Shown here: piece after piece, positions 50,801-62,883 of the stretch
How the letters are laid out: every line of letters begins with the position of its first letter
How positions within the stretch are numbered: the first letter of the stretch is position 1
Source of the DNA: Pecten maximus
Lineage: Eukaryota
Assembly: GCF_902652985.1 (NCBI RefSeq)
Contig: NC_047025.1
Coordinates: 22,010,001-22,074,000 of the forward strand
Length of the DNA stretch: 64,000 nt
Direction: 5' to 3'
Program-made: the position numbers and the translations under genes
Notes under the pieces: model-generated
Databases searched by the model: none
The model's input: only the letters and a program-made list of their open reading frames with translations
Told to the model about the DNA's origin: nothing

Positions 50801-53800
50801 GAAGATGCGAGCAATCTGTGGAGTCATCCGCCTCTTCATGTTATAAATGGGATGGATACGCCCCCTAATATGTCCACTGCCAGTTAACTTACAATACAGG
50901 AAGGATTACTTTTAGTCTCGTTTTTTGCACCATTTGCAACGTTTGTGTTCATGTTACTGTAAAGATAACTCATCTAAGATAATGCAAACTATATGATGCT
51001 GTTATTCAGTTAGAAATTAGCGAACAACATAAATCCGGTAGACTAGCTGGTCTAGCATGTCAACATCAATGACAGTCTATATTTGTTCCAAACCTACTGA
51101 GCACAACAGAAAGGTGGGACAGTCGTTACGGGGACTGTAAAGGTGGTCTGTTTTTATTTCAAATACTAAGTATACTTTATTGAATCTAAATAATTGAATG
51201 GAAATTAGGAAACAGGATTTATATATGCAATCCTTCTCCCCGCACTGTTTGTATATATTTGGTCAGTTGTTGCATTCCGCTACAGTTTCTTCTCTGTTCC
51301 ACCTCATGACTCCAATATACCCTAACGCGCATTATATCACCAAGAAGTATGTTCGATTACCCATTTTCCAAGCGTCAAATTCATTTTCATCAGACCTGAC
51401 CTCTTCCTGCCCACAATGATCACACCAATGACTTCACAGGCCGATCCAAACGTGTTTGTATTGTTTGAGTCACAATGCATTTGTCACCTAGTATGGCCAC
51501 TGACCAGGTGATCATTGGGCATTGCTGACCAGTGAAGCTTATTCTACACATGGATGTGATAAGATGTTGTGTATAGACATTGACAAAGTGTAGCAAACGT
51601 CCTCGAAACAGGCCCCTACACGGTGGACAGTGATGGTTATCCGGCGTGTAACAAATACTAACGTTTCACTGTGCTTTAGATTGACTGTGATAACTAATGA
51701 CTTTATGATGACGTAGATAGACATTTCCCGTTATCTCGTGCCTCCGAGACAAAACGGTAGGTCATATATACACAGGGTAATTAACCATCACACCTAGCTA
51801 GGGGGCGCTGCGCCATGTGGCCTCCAAACAGTCTGTGTCCACATTCGACTCCAGTGACACAAATTACTTCACCTTTAAAATTTGCTTGAGACCTATACCA
51901 TATCATTCTAAACACACATATTTCAGACATATACTATATTTTTCCCCGGAATTCTGATAATCTGCCTAATACAATATGTTGCATTACCACAGTGTGAAGT
52001 CCTTTCTGATCATTTTGAGGTTGAAATGCAAAAATAAAAGGTTGCTCATTTTTCATATTCCCGTTTTGTGTCTTTGCGGGTCAGGATTTAGCTCATGTTG
52101 ATGATCTGATATATTTTTGTTTTATTTAGATGTATAGAGACTCAGAAGTGTGCAGTGCTCGAGTAAAAGAGGTTGAACACACGTTTAAATTTAGATACGA
52201 CTGTCATGTAATTGTCTCACATCACTCATTAAAATTCGTTTGCATTCTGCATTCATCACACTGCTTCAAATATTTAATATGTATGGATGAATTCGTCGAC
52301 AAAACAAAAGACTCCTAAGTGATAAACGGGTCTCATGCTTTGTGAATTGATCTTTCGTGATATAAAACAAGCTAACTAGGACATGCTTGTCAACGCCCCT
52401 ATTATTTATGGGAGTTTATAAACATATTCACAGACAGAATCATAATCATTTGATCGTGTTTGAAATCTAAACCAAAATAACGTTCTTCACAATGTTGCAG
52501 AAGATCAGCTGTGATAAGTTGTAGTTATTTCAAATAGAATTTGGCTTCTTAGTAAAATTAAAACAAAACAAAAACACTTGAATTAATTTATTAACACAGC
52601 TCCTGCTGCCTTGAAGTAAAGTCATCCGATTTTCCACAGCTTTACGTAACTTGCATTATAACCATGCATGTAAGATTTACATACGGACCACCACAATGTG
52701 AAAGTAAGCCCACCCTTCAGACGCGGATTATGTCACTTGTGATGGAGCAAGATAGTTGATGGTGATGAAAAAGTTTCCTTTCTCCAAGATTTTCAGTTTA
52801 TGTACGTCTCCCAGATCGTATCAGCTGAATACGTTTGAAAATTGAGACTAACTAGGTCAGAGGAAATGAGACAGCGTTTATCACGTCTTGTTAAACAGCC
52901 GGATTGGTAGTACTAAAGCTCCAAATAAGGCTAATGCCTAATATTATTAGCATATTACATATCATTTTCGATCCGGGTCAGAGCCATTATGATTTCCAAG
53001 AGTTCAAAAATTCTTATCACAAGTATCAAGCTGGTGTGGTTTATCTATGTCATCATCACTTTGCATCATGTAGCCTTTGACAAGCAACGCTTCACACTTG
53101 TGCGAAGCGTTTCCTCCTATTACTGTATGTGATGTCCTTGGCTTGATGCAGTTACGGAATCTGATATTTTTGACAACCTTTCCCTTATAAACTCTGAATC
53201 CGTCCTCAGTTTACAATTTTGTTTCGTCGTAATATGATCAGATGGACAGTGATAAAGACACCATTCCCTTACTAGTTTTTGCACAATAGCTTTATCAAGG
53301 ATGCTCGTTATTGGTGAAATGCTTCTTGATGAAGCCATATAGCTTTGTGTCAAATCTAAACACATATGGTAAACTCCAGATGTGATATTTGCCGTCCTTA
53401 TATTGTTTTCATCGAAAAGAAAGACCAACATCTCTTTGTATAATTTTCTGATCAACAGCCAGAACGATTTAGTCTCGGTCTGTGGAGGATTACTCGATTC
53501 TAATGTTTTCATTTTCTATAAAATACATCATTTCAACAACCGTTACTATCCTTGACCCACTGCCTTAGATTTAGGATTACAAGAAGATCATTCTGTGGAA
53601 TATGGTGTCCGTCAGGTTCAGGAAATGGCCTGCATAGTGCAACGACTCATCAATGATGGTAAGTACTATTATACTATATTGTACTGTAATAGTACTATAC
53701 TTACAGTATGTACCTATCATGTCGGTCACACAGGAGGAACTGCTTCTTTTGTGTCTACTCTCATTCAGGGTTTTTTTTCTTTAATATATTATCCCTTGAT

Positions 53801-56800
53801 AAAACTAGTATGCTGAAGGCACCGACACAATGGTATTCCATCATTTCTTAATCCTCACACGTGACACGAATGCAATTCATGTGGTAAAGTTTTGTTGTGC
53901 GATTATCTGGAAAATGAAACTTAATTAAAGATACGAATGTAAATGAAAGAATAATATTTAGAAATGGAGTTGTGTTGTATATTTATACAAACCCTTAAGC
54001 AGTACGCGTTTTACAGGTACATACATCCGATTAAAAGAATTACAGGTCCGTTTAGTATACTGGAATTATCCTGGAACTAAATTATATAAACACAGAGTAA
54101 AATCACCTGTCACAACAACGGTAGGATCATTTCTCGGGATTATCTGGTACATAGGCATTCTCTTTAGCTCATGCTTTGTAGGTTTCTGACAGATCAGGGG
54201 TTTACGGACTACACAGTAGAGCAGTAAGAAAGGTCCCATCAAGTTTACATAAATGATTGGAATGAATTAACTCACGACCCATACTTGGTGAAGCATTTGT
54301 TTTGTCATACACACCTTAATTCCAAATAAGTGCGCTTCAGTTGAAATTATGACTTGATATCTGATACAAATAGAGTTTATACCGAGTCACTGCGACATTC
54401 CATTTTCTTTCAGAGATGCTTAATTTATTTTTGTTTTATTCATGTCAGTTTAAATTTTCTTTTTCTTTGTTTAGATAGTCTATATTCTATTTCTTTTTAT
54501 TCAGACACTCTAAATTCTATTTTCCCTCAGACAAGTTAAAAATCATATTTTTCCTCGTCCATACATGTTGAAATAATATTTTTCTTCATTAAGACATGTT
54601 AGAAGTCTATCCGAATTCGCATTTTTGTCCAATAAACTAGTTTTGTTGTGAATGTTTTAAAAAACTAAATCATTTCAATGATCACACACTAACAGAATCA
54701 CTTATCAACTCTTGAGATCTTCTGTTGAGTTGTAACAAGTCGTGTACTGAAATGTGTTCATTTAACACATTATTTAACACGCGATATGAATCCCACTGCT
54801 CGAGAAACATTTAAATACTGTTCAGAAATCATTAGCCATCGCTGATACTTATCACTATGCCGTAGAAGGTAATCCTCACCGATCTAGAAGACACTAGTCC
54901 CATAGGTATGGTCAGGTCAGCCATTGTCCACAGACATTGTTTGTCGGTGACAGACATTCCTGTATTGTGGTACGTCTGTACAGATGATATACTGTAGACA
55001 ATGGCAGTACTCAGGTGGCGGTACAGATATGAAATGTCGGTGTAAAATCAGCTGCAGTTATTGATAACGTGATGGCCTGTTTCGATTTGATATATTGATT
55101 AGAAGGTCTAATAACGGTTCCCTCTGATGTTTTTGAATTTTCTTTATGAAGTGTCGACAGATACGCTGTCTTGCATCATTGCTTAGCTGTCTGAAACAAA
55201 AGAATATTGTAACTAGTTGGACGATAACGGAAGGTGTTAAGCCTTATCTGTGAACCCAGCACCGGTCCGGAACATAAACCTAGTACATGTTGTTTCTTGT
55301 TTTGATTCTCTAAACTATGACCTATTTAGTTTTATTTTGTTTCGAAAAACTTAGTATTGTTTCTTCCACATATGCTGTCATTAAAATACTAAAACCATTT
55401 TAAGATTTTAAGTTACACTTAAAAACAATTGCTGATTAAGATTTCATAAATAAGTACGATTTCTTCTGTGTTTTCGCGTTACAGTTGGACTTTAGTTATA
55501 AATGTTACTGTTTTATATTAAAATATCCACCAGAGTTAAAGTATAATGAAATAGCTAACAATTTAACGCATTGGAAATTCGGAACTTCTATGGTGCCTAT
55601 TTTCATTGTGGCCTTAATTTCGTAGTTTACATATGGAAGTGTTGGGATTTTGTTTCGTGTTATTATTGCTTGTTATATAAGTCAATTGTAAATAATAAAG
55701 AATTGTTCAGCACATGTTTGTAAGTACTACATCATCCCATCATCAGTGAAAATCGGATGCTGAATGTGATCTATATTTTAGGTTCCAATGCCTTGATTAA
55801 AGAGAATATTCTACTTCATATTACATGTATATTATTGTTTCATTATCATCTTGACACATAATACATATATTATTCTTCTAACTATCCATTTATTAATTTA
55901 TTTTGGCCTGTAATTATGTTGCGGTATTAAAATATTTTTGCATTAGAGGACTGTTGCGTTAGGAGAGGCTTACGGGTTGTATCTCTGTAGGTTACCGTGC
56001 TGGATATCAACAATAGGCTCCTGTTTGTAATGTATTCCGATCAGATTCGTCATGATTCTACAAATAACACTAAACCAAATAATGCATGTAAATATCATTA
56101 CTGATGCACTTACAGCTATTGATTGACATTTGCAGGTCATTCATTTGTGGACCCGGACATAATTAATGAGAGACTGGAACCAGGGATTTGGTGAGTCGAC
56201 TAATACAGTGACATGTTTTATCATGATAACAATTTACATTAACACGTTTTATCATAAGAAGAAATGAATCTACGGTAACGTGTGTCAATTTTGAAGTGAG
56301 AATCTGTTGCATGCTTGGTAAAGAAAATAATTAATAACTTCAGTTTACACAAGCTGAAGTGAAGGAACAGTAATATTGTTCCAAGGCTAGTGACGAAAGC
56401 CCTTCAAGCAAGAGGTTACCCTTTGTTGGGCACGAGTTTTATTGATATCGTGCATTTAATGCATGTACTAGCTATCCGGTCAATACATCGTATATAGTTT
56501 TATCCGCTTTCTGACGAGGGCGTACTCGTGACTCATATGGAATGATGGCGACATCTCGTTCTGACCAGATGTTACCACTGTGCTGGACCAATAACCGTGA
56601 CTATTTTAGCCGTCTAAATCATAACTACATTTAGCTATCATGATAGTGCATCTATGAGTTATGACACTTATGTGTAGGTATTGAAGAATGCATTCACAAT
56701 TCCCCTTCAAAGAAATCTCCTCTCGTTATAATGTTAGATAATTTTGCGTCCTTGTTATATTGTTGAAATAAATTAAACTGTGGCTATTGATAATTATCGA

Positions 56801-59800
56801 GGCAGAGAATATAAATTATATCCGATTTGATATGGCGGCGACGCTTTGGAATTCTCCAACGTAATTGAATACTGTTTGCTTTATTTCTATATACCTTAAT
56901 TAGGGTAAGACCAATGGAAAATAAGGTACCATGTCATAATTTAAGTGCTTCATTCATTACTTTTTGTCATTTTTCAGCTCTAAGTCTGATATTGTTGACG
57001 ACAATTCTGTTGTACGAGCACGTGGTTTGCCATGGCAGTCATCAGACCAAGATATTGCACGGTTCTTCAAAGGACTCAATATAGCCAAGTAAGTTATTTA
57101 AACCATAAATATACTGTGTTAAAGCCATTAAGTCAAACTCGCGCATTATATATATACAGTCTGTATATACATTAGTTGCTCATTTCCTCATGTTTTTAGA
57201 AGTGCATATGAAAATTATTCAATCTAATTTATAAAACGTATACCTTGATTTTTTCACTGTTAGCTATTTACCATCCACTCTATAGCCTATTTGATATTCC
57301 CCCTTCATCACGAAGGCCATGTTCCAGATAATTGCCGACATGGTAGATTTTTTGACGATTTCTTGTACGCAGTATACAAACCCAAATAAGTACTTTGCAA
57401 CACAGCATTAACACTGGTCATCACTTTTTATTAGGGGAGGTGTGGCCCTTTGTCTCAGCCCCCAGGGCAGAAGGAATGGAGAAGCCCTAGTCAGATTCCA
57501 GGATGGAGAACACAGAGACCTAGCCTTGAAAAGACACAAACACCATATAGGACAGCGATACATCGAGGTGTACAAGGCGTCAGGCAAGGACTTCGTGGAC
57601 GTAGCAGGAGGTTAGTTCATTAATATTCAGCCTAGATATTAATATTTCCTACCGCTGTATATCAGAATATAGTGTGAAGATATCAATTCAAACGACTATT
57701 TTAATGTCCCTTTTAGTATCATATGTAGAATCAATGATAAGTTTGTTAGCTATTACATTTGTACTTAAATGCGTCAGGTAAGGAGATTGAATTGGGTATA
57801 TAATTCCATCAAATTAACATAATACATCGTTGTCATTAATCAGTAAAGATAGAAGAAAGATAAGAAGCTGAAATGAATATTTGAATTGTGAATCTATTAC
57901 TTATGTTTTGATCTTTTCGTATTTAGGAAGTAATACTGAGGCGCAAGCATTCCTTTCTCGTGGTGGACAAGTCATCATACGCATGCGCGGACTTCCGTTC
58001 ACATCAACTTCACAGCAAGTGGTAGGTCGACCGGTACATTGGTAATGGGACCTAACATTAAAATCTATGCATGGACAACAATAATTAAAATATATCATGC
58101 ACTTTTAATTGTTATCGTTAAATAAATATTTTATTATATTGTGATGATATGTCCATCCCGTTCGCTTGTAAACAACGGTCAGACAGAACCAATTATATTT
58201 AAAAGAACTTAGATGAAGGCAAATTTATAAACCTTATTTCGTCAAGGTAGAATATTCCTGTCTGACTGGTGTTGAGAGTTGGGATGATATTCTTTTTGTT
58301 GCAAAGAGTGTTTTCTGTTTTTGGTATTTGGGGATGGTAGTTCTAGTGTGATAAACAACGAAATGTTAACATAAACAAATCAACTTGCTGCGTTTTTTCA
58401 GTTTGAAGGCATAGTTCCTAAGCTATGCATTAATGTGCTATGAAGGTAAGTAAGCAATACAGAAGGTCATGGTTAGGGTTTCTGAGTGTGGAAGGGGTAG
58501 GGTTTGGACGGGTTGGTGCCAAAATGTGGAGTCGGAAAATTTGGTGTTAGTGACTGGTCCAACGGTATATTGCAAGTTTTACAAAGGTGCGGGGCGACAA
58601 GGTTGCTGGCTCAGTATAATATATGGAATTCTCCACCTAGGCGTGGGGATGGTGATTATATACTTATTGTAATATTGTGGGTAAATAGGTCACTCTCATA
58701 ATTATCTTTCATTTCATGTATCTTACCCTTTCAAGAGTATCTCAAAATGAACTGATAAGTCAACTGATAGAGAAGCAAGTGTGTAGTGTGATTATGATCA
58801 CAGTAGTAAAGCACAATACAACTCACTTTATATAGTCACGTGGTCACGTACATCACCTTGGTGATAACAATGGTGACAGGTGAATGGTCTAACGTCCTAA
58901 TATCAATAGTTAGTTTATGTGTTTACATGTCAAATAAGCACAGTCAATTGTAACCAATGACATCATTTATATTCAGTTATCATAATTATGTAAAGTAATT
59001 CAAATTTTGATGATAGATAACTATTAACAATTGTTAATGTACTTTAAATGTGATTTGACGATTTGTATAAGTAGTATAGACCTTTCACACACATGTTATA
59101 GGTATGTTTTGTTCTCACAAAGTAGTACAGTTTTACAGGTTCATATTAATTATGATTAGGCTTTAATTAACACTCATTACAGTTAGTAAAGTAGCAAACG
59201 GTATATTTATATTATTGTTACAGAATTGTAGAGTAATCTTGAGTCTAGATTTGTATTCTGTCCGTGAACATCGGAAGTGAGATTCCTTTAGTCCATATAT
59301 ACAGTGATTTCCGTAATATCAAGTGTCCGCAACAATGAGATTCCACTGCTTGTTATCCATTCCCGTTCAGTTGTTATGATATAAATCTCGACATATTGTA
59401 CATATTCCGAAAATATCTGATATTATATCAGACAAAATTGTTTACAAGAATATTGCTGTTTTTGAAATTGAAAATAAAATTAATAAAAAAACGTCGACGT
59501 TCGAAAAATATGACAGTTCATTTTGAGATATCTCCATATAGACTTACGACAGAAAAAATACAACGGTATCGGGTCATTGGAGTGCTTCTTACTGCATGAT
59601 GGTACAGAGTTACGTTAAATCATCGACCGCTGTTGCTATTATATGTCTTTGCGCTTACAGCTAGAATTCTTTGCAAGAGAACCCAACCCGTGCACAGTTT
59701 TGGATGGCGAGGAAGGAATCCTGTTCGTTCACTACCCGGATGGAAGATCCACTGGAGATGCCTTTGTACTCCTGGCCTCCGAAGACGAGGCTTGCAATGC

Positions 59801-62800
59801 CCTTAAAAAGCACAGAGAGATAATGGGAACTCGCTACATAGAACTATTTAAAAGCACGACGGCTGAAGTACAGCAGGTACTACCTCTAACGTCAAACATA
59901 AGGGGGCGGGTTTCCATGACAACAAAAACAAAGAGGAAACAATTGTCATGCTAAAAGGGCGGGTATATGAGGGAATATTTGAGGGAAACAAACATTCATG
60001 ATAGAAGAAATGATTTGACAAAGAACCCGTATTACCAAACTGAGTTTTAGTTTTCTTTTGACTCGGTTCAGTATTATATTGATATTGAAATTTAATTTAG
60101 TTAAGATTATTATTCAAATGTTATAATTGTATTGTCATTTGCTCTTCGCTTTTATTGTCTGGGGTGTTTTTGAAACTCGTAATGTATGTTGGGGGTGTGA
60201 AAAAGCGTGATCGGATAGAGTTTAAGCTTTTGTGCAAAAGACGACATTTGGGTCCGGATTATTATGGGATGGAGCTGAACTAACGGCAGAGATCCCTAGC
60301 TAACACCAGTGTGTTATGGTATTCTACTTGCATGCATATAACACTAACAAGGTGAATGTCTACACAAGTCTCGGTTACATCTAAATATAGTTCCAACTTT
60401 ATTTTCTTTTAATTATATTCTATTAATATCAGAAATAGGAGTTGAAATAGAAATGAAGGCATTTACAATGAACGTTTATATTTCTATAAATACTATCTTA
60501 TAACAGAGTCGTATATGATACAGTAATATCTTACCTACAAGCTTATACATTTATTATGAAATGTCATAATTCATGTTATATTATTCAGTGGAGAGCTGGA
60601 GTTCATGTAGTTGTAAAGTTCATAAATAATTTACATCATTTGCAATTTATCGGTGATATATTCAGTACGAAGCAATTTTATGTGACACCGGAAATACAAG
60701 AAATACTACTACTATGGTTGGATTAATAAGTAATGTTAAAATTTGTACGAGTCTAACCGTATTGATTTATATACGTGTTGTCGAGAAAAGCCGTCGTAGT
60801 GGATAAGTTAGTAACAATTCTTCTAATCCTTAATATTTTACTTTATTAAGTGCCGCATATCAACAGCTTCATTGTATAAAGATTTGCATATCCCATCACG
60901 GTAGTGACAGCCACACAGGTTGTTTATGATTAAGGAGTATGGGTCTCGTAAATCAGTTGCATTGGTGTCAGCTCTCTGGCAGTTTTATGTTGTCTCGACT
61001 CTCATTCATCGCATACAATTAAGAGAAGAAAATGCCCGAGGATTATGCATCTTTGTTGCCTCTGGTATAACATATCACGATATTTAATCGTGCGTGAATA
61101 TGAAGGTGTAAATGTTGATGTTTTTTTTTAAGAAATCATATTTCATTGTACAGATATTACTAACACATATTTTATATGGATCGTTCTTAAGGGGTAAATT
61201 GAATAGTATTAAGATAGAGAACTCCTACACAGTTTAAGCTTAGATCGTTATTGACATGTTTAAATCCAAATAAAAGAAAAGTTAAAGTAGAGAACTCTCG
61301 TGCAATTTAACCATTGTTTAGATGTAATTAGCTTAGTTTGACCTACAACACTGTTATATTGTTCAAACACAGTAAATAATGACATAACAATGTTTCCATG
61401 TCGATATCCAGGTTCTGAACCGCAGCATGGACCCCCGCAATCCAGAACCCCTTGAGACGCAGTTACCTCCTCTGATTGCACAAATTCCTCAGCAGGCGGC
61501 GCTGCCTTACATTCCACAGAATCTCATCACGAGTGGCACAAAGAGAGATTGTGTGCGTCTGCGCAATCTGCCAAGTGTTGCCCAAGTGACAGATATTTTG
61601 AATTTTCTGGGAGAATTTTCACAGTTTATCGTCTACCAGGGAGTCCATATGGTTTATACTGCACAAGTAAGTATCATCATTATCAGTATATTAATAAAAC
61701 GTAAGCTTGTGTTTTTCCCCCCGACTCCCCTCATGGTTTTACTTATATGTTTGAACTTTGATCATCTTAGCTTCACTGACAAGTCATAGAAGTACATTAG
61801 TTGTATGGCGCAGTTCTATCTATTATTTAGGCGTTCTTTAAATGTACTATTTACTTGTTTTCATTCATACAATAATACACACAGAACAAGAATACACCGT
61901 CTGACCTATATACTTCTATTCCAGGGCGAACCTTCTGGAGAAGCCTTCATTCAGATGGACTCTGAGGAGGCTGCGCAGCTGACAACGCTGAACAGATACA
62001 AAAAGGCGATGATTTTTGGTCAGAAGAAGAGAGTTATTGACGTGATTCAGTGCTCTGGTGAAGACATGAATCTGGTACTTACTAGTGGTATCAGTAGTTT
62101 TCCACCAGCTATTCAACAGGCCGCCATACCCCAACAACCACACACCCAGCTCGTTCAACGTCAGCTTATATCGCCAGCCTTACGTAAGTACTACCTACAT
62201 TATTCTTTTAAAGAATTGTAAAAAAAATATTCTCGATTGAATGAATTGCATATCTGTGGAAACCTTTGAAAAGATGAGTTCAGTTCTTGATATAGTTATA
62301 ACTGGATATATATACACATGTAGTATAACGATTTTGACATGTCTCAAAAGTATACAAATGGAAATTTTCGTATAGTTTAGAAGGGACGGACCACAAAATA
62401 TATTCGACACGGCCACAGTATTCGATCCAACAGTGTTCTAATCATCAGTGTTTAATTTACTACAGATAAAGAAGGGGGAAATCGGGACCGAACGAAACAT
62501 TCGACTATTCCGATGTATTTAATTCAAGCGTGTTTTACCGTATATGGTTTATGCTGCCAAATTTTTATTGATGAAGAAATAATACATTTTCAGATCCTGC
62601 CCCAACCATGATTCCGACATCGGCGTTATCTGCACTAACGACACCTACGCTGCCATATGCTCACTTGCCACAGCCCTTTCCGGCGGCCTTTCCACCAGCG
62701 ACAATGACACCAATGCCACCACGGCCGGCGTATTACCCGCCAATAATTTACTGGTACCCTAGTCCTCCTATCTCTCCACAGACTATAGTTTCACACACAG

Positions 62801-62883
62801 GGCCTTGTCCTGTCGTCTTGCGAGGCCTCCCTTTTAACACCTCCATGCAAGATTTAATGACCTTCTTCAATGGCTTTCCAGAG
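41767..62883 (+). CDS. ESRP1: Epithelial splicing regulatory protein (ESRP1/2, fusilli ortholog); 12 coding exons seen, 3' end outside the window
   Basis: Hand-spliced exons join in frame: N-terminal exonuclease-like domain, three quasi-RRMs ([25 protein letters not shown]; IIRMRGLPF; CVRLRNLP), a Pro-rich region and the start of a C-terminal RRM-like motif. Confidence 0.96.
42446..42589 (+). CDS. ESRP1: ESRP coding exon 2
   Basis: aacag|[48 protein letters not shown]|gtaaga; phase 0/0. Confidence 0.9.
44832..45057 (+). CDS. ESRP1: ESRP coding exon 3
   Basis: tatag|[76 protein letters not shown]|gtatcctttt. Confidence 0.92.
45058..53568 (+). other. U12-type (minor spliceosome) GT-AG intron of ESRP
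   Basis: Donor GTATCCTTTT at 45058; branch site TCCTTGAC at 53549-53556, with the branch A 13 nt before the end of the intron; the phase-1 junction makes TAT (Tyr). Confidence 0.88.
53569..53658 (+). CDS. ESRP1: ESRP coding exon 4
   Basis: ccttag|(Y)[30 protein letters not shown]|gtaagt (compare vertebrate YGASQVEDMGNII). Confidence 0.9.
56136..56190 (+). CDS. ESRP1: ESRP coding exon 5
   Basis: ttgcag|(G)[17 protein letters not shown](C)|gtgagt (compare vertebrate HRFSDPERVNYKFESGTC). Confidence 0.88.
56978..57088 (+). CDS. ESRP1: ESRP coding exon 6 (start of qRRM1)
   Basis: ttttcag|[36 protein letters not shown](K)|gtaagt. Confidence 0.96.
57435..57610 (+). CDS. ESRP1: ESRP coding exon 7 (qRRM1)
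   Basis: ttattag|[59 protein letters not shown]|gttagt. Confidence 0.96.
57927..58021 (+). CDS. ESRP1: ESRP coding exon 8 (start of qRRM2)
   Basis: atttag|(G)[31 protein letters not shown]|gtaggt. Confidence 0.94.
59661..59876 (+). CDS. ESRP1: ESRP coding exon 9 (qRRM2)
   Basis: ttacag|[72 protein letters not shown]|gtacta. Confidence 0.96.
61412..61666 (+). CDS. ESRP1: ESRP coding exon 10 (linker and start of qRRM3)
   Basis: atccag|[13 protein letters not shown]...[42 protein letters not shown]|gtaagt. Confidence 0.95.
61925..62183 (+). CDS. ESRP1: ESRP coding exon 11 (qRRM3)
   Basis: ttccag|[17 protein letters not shown]...[21 protein letters not shown]...QLISPAL-C|gtaagt; phase 1. Confidence 0.94.
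62594..62883 (+). CDS. ESRP1: ESRP coding exon 12 (Pro-rich region, start of C-terminal RRM-like motif)
   Basis: ttttcag|(H)PAPTMIPTS...[12 protein letters not shown]...[26 protein letters not shown]|gtatgt (YPSPPxSP as in vertebrate ESRPs). Confidence 0.9.

Noticed and set aside
53086-53512. 130-aa minus-strand ORF with an adjacent hairpin (AACGCTTC..GAAGCGTT, 53086-53111) as a nested gene or Helitron end
   Set aside because: No recognisable domain and no CTRR terminus at the expected distance; likely chance or an unidentifiable TE relic.
62170-62225. Alternative 5' splice site equivalent to the vertebrate ESRP1 CKLP nuclear-localisation switch
   Set aside because: The junction is at a comparable phase-1 position, but I see no second in-frame GT donor nearby; read-through hits a stop at 62221.
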